A stretch of DNA of 64,000 nt from Ascidiella aspersa (lineage: Eukaryota). The notes under the pieces are model-generated. The model was not told the DNA's origin and did not search any database. It saw only the letters and a list, made by a program, of their open reading frames with translations. Made by a program: the position numbers and the translations under genes. The stretch is taken from positions 30,690,001 through 30,754,000 of the forward strand of contig OZ004607.1 of the NCBI GenBank assembly GCA_963924565.1. The letters are read 5' to 3'. This document shows, one piece after another, positions 1 through 13,013 of this stretch. Numbering within the stretch: position 1 is the first letter of the stretch; every line of letters starts with the position of its first letter.

Positions 1-482
1 AACAACTTGTACGCTCTCTAAAGAAGTGTTCTTTTGAACTTTTGGGCTTTTGCGAAACCGCAAAAAAAGAAAAAGATTCGTGGCACACTTTACACAAAAC
101 AACACTTTTGTAACTTGACAATTGCCCTAATACGTGTCAAGTCAGTAGATAAATGCAAAACTGTTGTCAGTTTACTAATGGATGAAATGTAGTTAAGTGA
201 AACCAGCCTGATTGCTTGCATGTGTGTATTAAATACAAATAGCTTATTCTCCAAAATTGCAACCGGGTACTCAAAGTTCACATATGCGAACTGCAGTTTG
301 AAGAGGCGTGACCAATCATCCTTTCCCTCAAGCAATTGTTAATTGTCCCAACTTCAACTTCAAGATCGGACAAGTATGTTTATTTAACAAAAGTAATACC
401 TCTTAAACTTTAAATTTCTATACGATTACGTGTTTAGTAATGTCTTGCCACACGTTTTTAATGTCTGGTCGTTTATCTAAAC

Positions 483-1156
483 CAGTGTGGTCCAACTGCA
501 GGCCCGCGGGCCAACTTTAGATTTTACGCTTTTTTTGGCCCGCGAACTGATAGTCAGCTTTGCTACAATCTAGCAATATCACTTCAATTTCTATTTTTTG
601 TTATTGTAATTGGCAAAAAAATCGTAAATGATCCTTTGTGATTTCATAACTACCGTAGCTGAACAAAGGTGTACATTTCACAAAGTTAGTATATATGCCA
701 TAGGCCAGCGGTTCTTAACCTGGTGGGCGCGGCTCCTAGGGGGGTTAATGGATTGCTGAAAATAATATTTAATTTTTTTTGCATTGATTCTAATGGTTTC
801 GTTTAGGTTTTACACCACTCCTACAGCGCTGTAGGCTACAAAGTCTGTTTTTGCCAACTTTAACATTGAAACAGCAAAATTTTTTTCGGGCTTCGCGCGA
901 CCAACAACAAACTTTACTATTTTCAAGTTGTCTTAGTGATATTTAATTGAAAATGCCAAATTGCTTTTCGTAGGGGGGCGAAAGGCATTGGAAAATTACC
1001 AACGCGGGACGCGGCACAAAAAATGTTAAGAACCACTGCAATATGCTATGTATAATTGCCAGCAATAAGCCCAAGAATCGCTATTTAAAAACATTGGCCC
1101 GCAAGATAAAACAAATTGTTTTTTGGCCCGCGATGAAAAGAAGTTGGACCACGCTG
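483..1156. mobile_element. Non-autonomous hAT-type MITE with a perfect 8-bp TSD
   Basis: TIRs CAGTGTGGTCCAAC (483) and GTTGGACCACGCTG (ends 1156). ATCTAAAC is duplicated at 475-482 and 1157-1164. Subterminal GGCCCGCG repeats are present. Confidence 0.92.
706..1038. mobile_element. Second hAT-type MITE nested inside the 483-1156 element
   Basis: TIRs CAGCGGTTCTTAAC and GTTAAGAACCACTG. Degenerate 8-bp TSD CCATAGGC / CAATATGC (6/8). Its 3' half recurs at 12620-12786. Confidence 0.85.
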
Positions 1157-1822
1157 ATCTAAACTCTGACATTTTACCTCATAAAAATAAAATTTCACCT
1201 CATTAAAACGAAAATTTATCATCATAATTCATCAAATCTAAAATATATCTATAGTTTAACACTTTAACGGTTCCGAATTTCGTAATAAATGCTCTTAAAC
1301 TAAAATTGTGCATATTGCATTAAAGTGATTGATATTACCAATTAGTGGCGGAAAGTAATTAACGTCAATCTTTTCAAAATCACGTTAGTTGGCTGTATTT
1401 TCTTTGCATCAAAATTTATGTGTACCTATATGCGTGCAAAATTCATAACTCAAAATGTCATAACTGACTGAAGTGTCATTATAGATAGATTCATAGGAAG
1501 AAGCTATCATTAAGACTTCTATATAGAGGATTTAACTTCTAAAATTGCCTTTTTTTTATTGCAATAGGAAGCAGCAAATATAAATAAAAAATTAAACAAA
1601 TTTAAAGACACCTGATATGATTTTCTTCACATACGTTGCCACTGTTGGTCAAACTGTAACAAATATTACGATAAAATAAGTTTGTAATAACAATTTTTCG
1701 ATTCAATTTGGTATTTTGAAAGCTGTAACGACGTTTATAATAAACAACGCAGTCATTTAATGAACTTTGTTATGCTTTGTTCAATGTGTTTGATAGTTTT
1801 GTGTAAGAACCTGACTAAATCA

Positions 1823-4800
1823 ATGAAAGTCATTACATTAACTTATTTGCTGGTTATTGGCGGTCAAGCTTTGGCAAGTTATGATAGCCTAGGAGAAAAG
1901 TGGGAACAGTATGTTGGTAAGCCATTCTCAAATAACTTTTATATTGTAGGCTATGTTAAATATTATTTTTAATTTTTTTGTGATGTTTTTTGTCGGCCTA
2001 CAACAGGGGTCGGCAACCTACGGCCCGCGGGCCGGATCCGGCCCTCCGATGAAATTCATCCGGCCCGCCGCTCCTTTCTCAAACTAGACACGAATCCATT
2101 TCACATACTTTTTGACTATTTTAATTAAGTAAGTGCGAAAAATTTTCGCGCTTCGCGCGAATGACCGTTCTGCACCGGTTTGTTTAAGTTTTGACGCTGT
2201 CTTTTGAACTAGATTAGCTCTTTATTACCGTTGCGCCGTGAGAGGTTGCCAAGTGCGTCGCAGAAAAACGGAAAACGTACTTATTCGAAAATATTGGACA
2301 TACTTTTTAAAATTTTATTTATTTTTATTTCGGCAATGGAATAAAAACTTGCATAAAATTTAAAAGAAAATGCCGTATACAAAAAAAAATCGCGCTCGCT
2401 TCGCTCGCCAGGTGTACCTTGACTTAAAAAGGTGTTAACAAACACTGGGCTATAAATTACCTTTAAATGTTATGGAGTTCCATCAAAGTAGTTTTATTAC
2501 ACTTTTCATTCGTTGTACGGATGACGACGTGTGAAATCTAATTTTAAACCAAACAACCGCTTTTTTTCGCTTTGCGTCAACACTTTACCGCCTCCTTAAA
2601 TGTAATTAAACACGTTTTTAATTGCAAAAACGATCCGAGGCCCACCTGATTCACATTTATAACATGTTAATAACACAATTCCTAATATACACTTTGTGCG
2701 GCCCGCAAAGACCTTTCTGAGTTTGGTTTTGGCCCGCGACTAGAAAAAGGTTGCCGACCCCTGGCCTACAACATAGTTGGTCTCACAACAGGTTCCTATA
2801 GGCATTTTTATTCATGATCGACAATTTCGCAATTGTTTCAAAAGTAATGAAAGACACACACAAACATATGTGTTTAATAACATCTGTGATCTAGCCCCTC
2901 GGAAGTTGCTTTATGTCCAACGATTACGGCTTCCGTATCAATAGTACACCGAAAAGCCATCGCAGACTCGCCGAATCTGTCGATCTATGTAGTGTTTCAA
3001 AAGTAGTATGGAGTTGAATTAGTATTACTTTATCTAAACTTTTGGTAATATTTGGCATATATTGGGTTATCTGGTCATACTCGAACCCAAACAGAGTAAA
3101 ATTTCCTAAAATCAAAACATTTTATCTCGCGATTGTATACAAACATTGTCGAAATGAACCATGTCGTATCGGTGTGGAACAAATTGCTTTATAAAAGACT
3201 GATATTATAATGCAACAAATTGTTCTAAAATACATCATTTCTTGTAAAAAGCTAATTGGTTATTTTACAATTCTCACAGAAAGGTGCAACACTCTCAGAA
3301 CTGATCCTGGGCAAAATGATGCACATTGCTTCTGTCCTCCGAAATCCGAAGATCTGTTCTATTTCTTTAATTCAACTTCGATAAGTGGGTCAAGTCAAGC
3401 ATCTATTCCAAAGTCCTTACTTTGCAACGCTAATGATGACTGTGCAAACGGATCAGATGAAAAATACTGTTTATGTAGGGAGTCAGAATACCAATGCGGA
3501 TGCCCAATGAGAACCCAGCACTGCTATCACGGACAGGGGTGCTACAGCGAGGATGACATTTGCAACGGTCGTTTGGATTGCATGGACGGCACAGACGAGC
3601 TCAACTGCACTTGTCCAAGTGGGACTTACCGCTGTGCGTGCCAAGATAACAACACGTGCGCCTACCCGGAAGTGTGCATCTTGGAGCATCAGACCTGCGA
3701 CGGGAAAAGCGATTGTTCCGACGGAAGCGACGAAGCCGACTGCCAATGTGCCGGGGATTTTTCTTGCGGTTGTCGCTACGTGAACGGCAAATGTCAAGAT
3801 CCAACCAGCTGCATCCCTTTGTCATCTAAATGCGATGGAATTAAGGACTGCGAAGACGGCAGCGACGAACCCAAATGCGAGTTTGGCTTAATTCAGTTTT
3901 ACTGCGCGTGCGCACGAAACGGATCATGTGAGTCACGACTTCCTGTTTACGTGCCTTGGGAGTTGGTGTGCAACCGCAATAACGACTGTGGCGATTGGAG
4001 CGATGAGGTTAACTGTCAATGCGGCGATGGCCAATTCAAGTGCGAATGCAACCAAGACGGGTGCGCCAGTTCGCCTGGGTGCTTAGATACCAAAACAGTG
4101 TGCGACGGAATTGACGATTGCGGGGATTTTAGTGATGAAACGAACTGTACATTCGCTTCTGAAGTGTTTATATGCGACTGTTTTGCAGATGCACAAAATT
4201 GCTCTGGGAACGTCGCAAGCGTGGATATGCACAAAGTGTGCGACGGGTTTTACGATTGTTCCGATCACTCAGACGAGCTTTCGTGCACGTGCGATGCTTG
4301 GAGGTTTGAATGCGAGTGCACAAGTTTGGGTTCGTGCGCAGGCGACAACTGGTGCATAAACACATGGCAAGTATGTGACGGCTACATAGATTGCGCAGAT
4401 GGAAGCGACGAGGCGGACTGCACGTGGCCATTTGAGCTTTATGAGTGTGATTGCGCTTACGACCGTTCATGTACAGGAAATTACCTCGCAGTTGACTATT
4501 TCCGACAAAATTGCGACGGTGTGAATGACTGTGAAGACTGGAGTGATGAGGAATGGTGCTTTTTCTGTCCCTTAAACCTATTCGAATGCGATTGTTACTC
4601 GTCTCTAAGCTGCTCCACCACCACCGGCTGCCTTCAGCAAAGTAAAGTGTGCGACCATCTGAACAACTGCGGTGATTGGAGCGACGAACGCAACTGCACC
4701 TATTTTCAGTGCGCATGTAGTGGGTCCGGCTTGCTTTGCTTCGCGGATAGGGTCAATGCGGAGAAGCGATGCAATGGAAAGAACGACTGCGGCGATTGGA

Positions 4801-7800
4801 GCGATGAAACCGATTGCGCATGTTCCGCGGGCGAGACGAAGTGCGAGTGTTTCGAAAACTCAACCGAGGCTTGCCTGGCTAGTCAAACCTGCATTTTGGA
4901 AAATCAGCTTTGCGATGGTCAAAACGACTGCGGCGATTGGAGCGACGAGACCAACTGCTCCTGTCCGCCCGGCTCGTCGCAATGCAACTGCTTCCAAAAT
5001 GCAAGCGAAGCATGTTTGTTTCTACCGGGTTGCATTGCCGAAGAGATGGTTTGCGATGGTCAAAACGACTGCGGTGACTGGAGCGACGAGACTAACTGTT
5101 CTTGTCCAATTGGTACGACAAGATGCAACTGTTCTGACAACGATGGCGAAACCTGTTTGTTCAAACAACATTGTATATCAGACCAAAAGCGTTGCGACGG
5201 TGTTAACGACTGCGACGATTGGAGCGACGAGACTAACTGCCCCTGTCCGCCCGGCTGGTCGCAATGCAACTGCTTCCACAACGCAAGCGCGGCTTGTGAG
5301 TTATTACCAGATTGCATTCCGGACGGGTTTATTTGTGACGGTGTAAATCACTGCGGCGATTGGAGCGACGAAGATGGCCGTGGGTGTAAATGCTCGGCGG
5401 GCCAGGTACAATGCGGCTGTATTTTCAACACGTCGGATTGCAAGTCGAACGAGAGATGCATAAACACGACCTGGTTAAACGACGGCTTTAAAGATTGCAA
5501 AAACGCGGACGACGAAACATGCGTAACCTCGACTCACAGTTTCGTTGAGACAGGGTGTTGGTGCCATACGATGTACTGCCAAGACAATGAGTCAAAAGCC
5601 AGGATGCTGCGCTACGCAAACGCATCACTGACGATATGCTACCCTGTCGCTTTCAAAACTTACATTAACAACACTGTCGGGGAACGAGCGCCGGAGTGGG
5701 TCTGCGTCTCGACCAATTGCGACACCGACCAATGTAGGGTTCCGTTCGTGTGCGACAACAAGGATACCACCGTAGCGCCGCTCTTCTGCGACGGTTATAT
5801 TGACTGCGGAGACCAAGGCGACGAGACCTACGACGTTCCAGGATTTCGCTGTTCGACCAGCTTTTCGGCATCTACTTGCGTGCTGCCGCAGATAAACCTC
5901 TACGACGAAATCGCGCAATGTTCGGATGGGTCTGACCTGTGCTTTGTAGACGAAAATATGAGCTGCTTCGAGTGTATCGACAAGAACCTCATAATCTCGA
6001 CAAGGCAGGTTTGCGACGGCGTTAACGACTGCGGCGATTGGAGCGACGAGACCAACTGCTCCTGTCCGCCCGGCTCGTCGCAATGCAACTGCTTCCAAAA
6101 TGCAAGCGAGGCATGTTTGTTTCTACCGGGTTGCATTACCAAAGAGATGGTTTGCGATGGTCAAAACGACTGCGGTGACTGGAGCGACGAAACCAACTGT
6201 TCTTGTCCAGTCGGTACGACAAGATGCAACTGTTCTGACAACGATGGCGAAACCTGTTTGTTTAAACAACATTGTATATCAGACCAAAAGCGTTGCGACG
6301 GTGTTAACGACTGTGACGATTGGAGCGACGAGACTAACTGCCCCTGTCCGCCCGGCTGGTCGCAATGCAACTGCTTCCAAAACTTAAGCGCGGCTTGTGA
6401 GTTATTACCAGATTGCCTTCCGGACGGGTTGATTTGTGACGGTGTAAATCACTGCGGCGATTGGAGCGACGAAGACGGCCGTGGGTGTAAATGTTCGGCG
6501 GGCCAGGTACGATGCGGCTGTATTTTCAACACGTCGGATTGCAAGTCGAACGAGAGATGCATAGACACGACCTGGTTAAACGACGGCTTTAAAGATTGCA
6601 AAAACGCGGATGACGAAACGTGTATAACGTCGACCAACAGTTTCGTTGAGACAGGGTGTTGGTGCCATACGATGTACTGCCAAGACGATGAGTCAAAAGC
6701 CAGGATGCTGCGCTACGCAAATGCATCACTGACGAAATGCTACCCTGTCGCTTTCAAAACCTACATCAACAACACTGTCGGGGAACGAGCGCCGGAGTGG
6801 GTCTGCGTCTCGACCAATTGCGACACCGACCAATGTAGGGTTCCGTTCGTGTGCGACAACAAGGATACTACCGTAGCGCCGCTCTTCTGCGACGGATTTA
6901 ATCACTGCAGTGACCTGGGCGACGAGACCAGCGACTGGCCAGGGTTTCGCTGTTCGACCGGCTTTTCAGCGTCCACCTGCGTCCTGCCGCAGATAAACCT
7001 CTACGACGAAATCGCGCAGTGTTCGGACGGGTCTGATCTGTGCTTTGTAGACGGAAAGATGAGCTGCTTTGAGTGTATTGACAAGTACCACATAATCTCT
7101 ACAAGGCAGGTTTGCGATGGTATTGTAGACTGCTACGATGTCTCGGACGAGTGCTTTTGCGCAGATCAAACCGTTTGCCACGAAGTACTTGGAGTATCAA
7201 GAACACGCTGTCCTTCTGGCCAGTTCTACTGCAACGAGAACCTGGGATGCATGGACGAAGTCTGGATAGTTTGCAACCACCATTTGCCGTGCGAGGAAAA
7301 TGCGAACAACGCAAGGTGCTGGGGTTACGGATACCTACCATACACCCACGGCTGTTTTACCTCTTATGGGTACGGGCATGCAACATCGTGCGATGGTCGG
7401 CCTGAGTGCAGCGACATGTCCGACGAGTGCGAGACCTGTCAAGATAGGCCACTGTTTTGCGACGACCCTTGTGCCGAATTTACTGCGGCGCTGGACCTAT
7501 ATTGCAACGGCAAATATGACAGTCTGGTATACGACAATGAGAATTGCTCGACGGGTTTTGACGAACGAAATTGCCCGAAGAGATTTAATTGCACATCTGG
7601 CTCCAGCGTCAGCGTAGACGTCGACAGAACTTGTGACGGCCTAATTGATTGTCAGAATGCAGAGGACGAAGCAGAATCCCTTTGTTCCACCACTAGATTC
7701 TATTGTCTTGATAAAACTCCAATATCGGTGGATAAAAGCCAAGTTGAGGATGGCAAGCGAGATTGCGCGGACGGAAGTGACGAATGTCCTCCAGATAACG

Positions 7801-8918
7801 GTGAAGCCACCATTTTCTCGTCGCAATACGAGCTAATTGGAAACAAGTTTATTCTGGCTATTTTTTGGATCATGGCCTTTGTATCAATTGCCGGAAATGC
7901 GGCGGTGTTCGCAACTACAGCAAAAGAAATGCTCACTTGGGACAAACCGTCAGTCGCGATGCAATACAACTCGTTGTTTGTGCTTAACTTGTCATTTTCT
8001 GATTTTTGCATGGGCCTTTACCTTTTATTTGTATGTATTAAGGCCGCTCAGTTCTCCGGGTCATATTGCTTCCATGATAAACCGTGGCGAACAAGCGCAT
8101 TTTGTTCATGTTTGGGGGCGTTGGTGGTCCTATCAACAGAATCGTCTGTATTTATAATGACTGCCATGACCACATTTCGGGTTATTACAATTATGCGACC
8201 ATTCATTACTCGTACACTAACCATTATTTGGGGACGAATAGCAATTGTCTCTTGCTGGATTTTAGCCATGTTAATTTCCACCCTTCCACTGTTTGTTTCG
8301 GAGGATTATTTTGCCTCTGGTCTTTGGTTTCCAAACTACTTTTACAAAACTGATCAGATTAGCAAAACTGAATTGTATACCCTGGCCAACAGAATGGGAC
8401 AACCCAACATATCTACCTGGTTCGAAGCAAAGAGATTTGTTAAATCTAAAATCCCTTACTTGCCTTTATTGGGTGACATAGGTTACTACGGCGAAACAAG
8501 CGTGTGCATGCCGCGAATTTTTGTTAACGTTGGCGATGCTGGATGGGGTTACTCTGCTTTTCTAATGTTTCTCAATTTCGCCCTCTTTCTTTACATGGTC
8601 ATTTGCTATGTAGTCATCTACCGAAAAAGCACTAACAGCGTTGGCAAGTCTGGCAAGCGATCTAAGAAAATGCAAAGCCGTATATCTCGCATCGTATTTA
8701 CCGACTTTGCTTGTTGGGTTCCACTTTGTACTTTAGCCTTCATTCAACTGACTGGGGTTAGTTTACCAGTAGTTGTGTATGCTGTTAGTGCTGGGGTCCT
8801 ACTGCCCATTAACAGCGCTCTCAATCCACTGATTTATTCCGACATTGTAAGTGGGGTACTCAGTAAAGTCTATAATTTCTGCCGATTCACGGTTTCTAGC
8901 CACCAAGCTTCGGAATAG
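1823..8918 (+). CDS. GRL101-like rhodopsin-class GPCR with about 30 LDL-receptor class A repeats and no LRRs; exons 1823-1916 (signal peptide) and 3280-8918; ~1910 aa
   Basis: ORF 3210-8918 has about 30 CxDxSDE motifs followed by a 7TM domain with LGR/GRL101-type motifs ([38 protein letters not shown]). The upstream exon [19 protein letters not shown].. ends in G|gtaagc (phase 1). This matches the acceptor ttctcacag|AA at 3279/3280 (phase 1), with branch-like GCTAAT at 3251. Confidence 0.9.
2004..2763. mobile_element. hAT-type MITE in intron 1 of the LDLa-GPCR
   Basis: Perfect TIR CAGGGGTCGGCAACC / GGTTGCCGACCCCTG. The 8-bp TSD GCCTACAA is at 1996-2003 and 2764-2771. Confidence 0.95.
4911..7112 (+). 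repeat. In-frame tandem duplication, 2 x 1101 bp (367 aa), inside the GPCR exon
   Basis: 4911-6011 and 6012-7112 are near-identical; for example ..[42 protein letters not shown] occurs twice. Confidence 0.95.
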
Positions 8919-10558
8919 TAACAATTTAAATAACTTTATCTGTATAAAATAAAAACATTTCAGACCAGAAAACGAGGCCAGAAAAACATTTTTACTGGTA
9001 ATTCCGAAACATTAATCCCACCAAAAATAATAAACCACTTGCAACAAAAGTACACCAATTTAGTTCGAATTGTATTTTTCTGTAATTGACGTTTTTCTGC
9101 CTATACCTTTTAAACATTTGTATTGTACCATGATACAACATTGTACATTTTTAACGATTTTTTTCAAATAGGATTATGTTGCATTGTCACGTTTCTGTTA
9201 AGTCAGTGGGTCACAACTGTTGAGTTATTCTATGTAAAATACTTGAGTGCATTTTATCTCAGAAAACCTTTATAACGTTTGTTTATAATGATTACAGTTT
9301 GGTACAAAATGAAGTTTTATATCAATTTCCAAATAACATTTTAATCTACAAGAAGACGATATAAACTTTATTAGAACTTTATAAGTGCTGAAATGTATAT
9401 TCTTCTACCGAATGTGCGCGAAAACAGTAACCCCACTTTGTATATTAATGTGCAGCTCATGCATCAGTGGTCCACAAATATTTAGCTTGTGTCGCACAAC
9501 GATAATAATAAATAAAATATTGTATATTTTCTGAAAAATTTAGGTCGATTTATCGATGCTATACGCTAGGAAATAGGTAACTGCCATATTATTTTAAGTA
9601 CCTAAAATGATTAGTGGTTATTCATGTCTGAATGCCTATTTGTAATACGAAAACGTCATTTTCCATAATTACCTTAAGTTAAGCGGCACATTTAATAATC
9701 TCACTGCTAAGACGTTCTACTCAGTATCGTATACGCTTTCATATTTAAAGAAAAAATATGTTTGTTAATTTGTAAATAAAGGATTGAACGTGTACCTGAC
9801 CTCTTGTGTCTTCACTTAACAACATCAATTTTGTTTTCCGCGTACATTATGCACGTTCTGCGTTTAAATTCAAGTTTAAGTCTAACCAATATTTAAAAAA
9901 AGAGTCGCGCAAAAAAGTATTCGAGGTTTTGAGGTGATCCTGATAATTGCGATTTACTAGCCGCTTATGCACAGCTTTTTAATTAAATTAAATTATGAAC
10001 GAACCAACTGGTCTCCTTTATTTAACAACAGCTATGTTTGGACGTCGAGAACGCGTAAACGTTAATCATATATAGTTAGCTATGAAAACGTTAAGGTTAT
10101 TTAAAGTCGCGTGTTTATAAAGTTATATTCAATCTCGTCTTTATAAATGTAGATTGGCTTGCTCCATAAAAAAGGTCACAGTTCCGCCATAGGCTAAAGG
10201 TTATTATAGGATTTTATTAATATTAAATGAAGTGATACGAAATATGACATATTAAATTGTTGCGCCATACTTTATTCTCTGCTTGATGGCCTGTCACTGA
10301 CCGGATGTCGCACTCAAATTGGACATTAGTGTTATTTTTATCAGAATGGCCGTGTGGCGCGAACGCCAACGCTAGGCTCATTTTGTAGCAAATAAAACGA
10401 ACTGCACTAGGCCACACAACGCCAAAAACTAAACTGCCGGGGTTTTCAGTTGTTAAAGCTAAGGAATTGCCCTTTAGAATTCAAACAAGGGCGGAAAACA
10501 ATTACCGGCACACGGCGCTCTTGAATTATTACAGCAGTCGCAAGCACCTAAATAAGTC

Positions 10559-11903
10559 ATGAAATACCAGCACTTGTGCAGCGTCCTGCTGACTGCTCTA
10601 CTCGAGAGTCTTTTACTGGAGGGGGCGATTTTCGGCTGGCCGTCTTTGCAGTACTGCCTGGCGAAAAATGGCGTCTTTTCGGAGCTGCGCAACTTTACAG
10701 AGGCGCGAAATAAAGCGTACAACGGGCCTCAAATCGCAGCTACGACGGGAATCTTCGCGGAGCTGTAACAAGAGGACGAGGCCTTTAACTTGATATTCAC
10801 GCTGGCGACGTCTATACTGAATTATGCTTCCCCTGTGGTTACTTGCTAGACGTGTACGGCACCTGGACACTGCAATGCATTGCTACAGCCTTGTACTCTA
10901 CCGCCTGCCTACTCCTAGCTTTGATGACAGACAGGACCGCGTGGCTCCTTTTCCCGGCAATGATATTTATCGCCGTTGCCGGATTCGCGCTACTCACCAA
11001 CAACATCCAATTCGGGAACCTCTTTCCGCGATGTCGCACCGTCTACATCGCCCTGCTGAACAGTATGTTCGATTCGGGCATCGTAACTTACGTGCTCATA
11101 AAGGTTCTCTTCGACAGCGGATTTGAGCTGCGGCATTTGTTTTACGCCATGGCCGGTTTTACTCTTTTTCAGTGGCCCAGGACCTTTCTGGTCATGCCCA
11201 TCGGCTTGATACCGCCGCGACCTGACAAAGAGTACCGATACGGGATCGTTGAGCACATTTTAAAAAGAGAACAGCTGACTTTTAAAGGCGATGTGAGGAA
11301 ATACCTCAAACGTCCCTTGTTTTGACGTAACGTTTTCTTTATGAGCCTGGGCCACCTGCGAATGTCTTTTTTCATCGGGAGCCTCCTCAACTGGCAGGCG
11401 TACGGATGACGTCAGTCGCCACATGGACGTTTTCGGACTGGTGATGCTGGGCGGCGCCGCCGTGGCCCCAATCAACGGACTGCTGACAGACGCCATGAGA
11501 AAGTACTGCAAGAGAAACGCAGTGGCCGACAGCGAGAGATCGAAGCTCTTCGGCTTCTGTGCTTCGATGGCCGCCACCAGCATTCTTTCAATCGCTCTGT
11601 CGGTGTGCGTTGCCTTTCGCCGAGTCAACGCCGCCTTCTCCTTCCTGCTCATCTTCCGCTCGTTCCTCTACGGCGGCAACGCGGCCTTCGTGGCCCTGGC
11701 CTTCCCTGCGCGCCACTTCGGCCAGCTTTTCGGTCTGTCGCAGACCTGCGTTGGAGCGGTGGGCGCTCCAGTACGTCTTTAAGGTGATATACGCGGACCT
11801 CAGCTTCGTTTTTACCAATTATGCGATGATTGGACTCTCCGTGCTGACGCTGCTTCACCCGCTAAAGATCTACAGGGAAGCCAAATCAGTTTCGACCGAC
11901 TGA
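10559..11903 (+). pseudogene. SLC43A3: Intronless SLC43A3/LAT3-family MFS transporter with stops and frameshifts
   Basis: SLC43 motifs are spread over several frames: IFGWPSL, (Q)EDEAFNLIFT, LLTNNIQFGNLF, SMFDSG, SFFIGSL, APINGLLTD, RSFLYGGNAAF, FPARHFGQLFGL. Stops at 10766-10768 (TAA) and 11323-11325 (TGA). Frameshifts near 10830, 11400 and 11765. Confidence 0.82.
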
Positions 11904-12619
11904 TGATACGCACCCACGCCTATAGCATGTAAACTTAAACTCTGCTCGTGGCTGGAATTGCGTGCAAATTTCGGTTTTTAATTTGCTTTGTTGTTTTTGT
12001 AGTAAGACGCAGAATGAATACCACAATCCATACTACAGTTGGCAGTGATTTAAGTAATCTGGAACAGTACGAATGTTCCGTTAAAACAATATGGCATACC
12101 GGAAATATATACCATTTTTTACGAAGTGTCCCAAAATTATTTTCCCTATGTTCATGGACTGTACATTTGCAAATTGCCAAATGAATGAAAATATCTCACC
12201 TGTGCACAATATTATGGCCTTTGTCATTTTCTTTTTTTACGATTCAAATAAAACATATTTCAAAAATAAGTGGTGAAATTAGAATATTTTTCTCACCGTA
12301 ACAGGTAACATTTTTACATATGACGCCCTAAACACCTTGATAGGGAAGCCAAAGCATTTGTACGTGTACCATGCAAATCGTTCATTGAGTTTCAATGGGC
12401 AAAATTTTAATTTAGAAGCACAAAGTCCCTGTGAGTACCTTTGCATGTTTTGCGAAGATATAACGTGCATAGAAGATATAACGGTCCTATACAAATTATA
12501 GTTTGGCTAACTTATTGATAAACGATAAATGTTATGCCCCTTTCCAACTATTTTATGTATGAAAACAGGCTAAAAACATGCACGGAGACACGAACCTGTT
12601 TTTAGCTAATTCTACCAAA

Positions 12620-12786
12620 ATTAAACTGAATATTTTTCGCTACGCGCGACCAACGATACACTTTACTATTTGTTATGTTGTCTAACTAATATGTAATTCA
12701 AACATACCCAATTGGTTGTTGTAGGGGGGCGCAAAGCGCAGACAATTACCAAGGGGGCGCGGTTTAATAAAGGTTAAAAAACACTG
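12620..12786. mobile_element. 3' fragment of the hAT MITE family seen at 706-1038
   Basis: cgcgcgaccaac..actttactattt..gtaggggggcg..aattaccaa..ggttaaaaaacactg aligns by eye with 870-1038. Confidence 0.8.
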
Positions 12787-12939
12787 AGTTAGACGAAACC
12801 AGCTGCACGCAGAATCAGTAGGCCTATCTTGGCTGCTGCTGTGAATGGCTGGCAACAGCATCAGTAAGGGTGGCGTATCAGATGACATCTGCCACAGCCG
12901 CTGGAGGATCTTGCTTATGATCGTTTTTTGCTTGTTGTG

Positions 12940-13013
12940 AAAATTTTGGCGCCCCTGTACCTTGGCGCCCGGGGACATATGTACCCCCCCGCACCCCCCT
13001 AGCTACGCCTCTG
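12940..13013. mobile_element. Probable end of a GC-rich MITE (GGCGCCC repeats ending ...CTAGCTACGCCTCTG)
   Basis: The sequence resembles a non-autonomous DNA transposon end; no partner TIR was identified. Confidence 0.45.

Noticed and set aside
3483-8481. Many overlapping and antisense ORFs inside the GPCR exon
   Set aside because: They are shadow frames of a Cys/Asp-rich repetitive coding sequence with no independent motifs.
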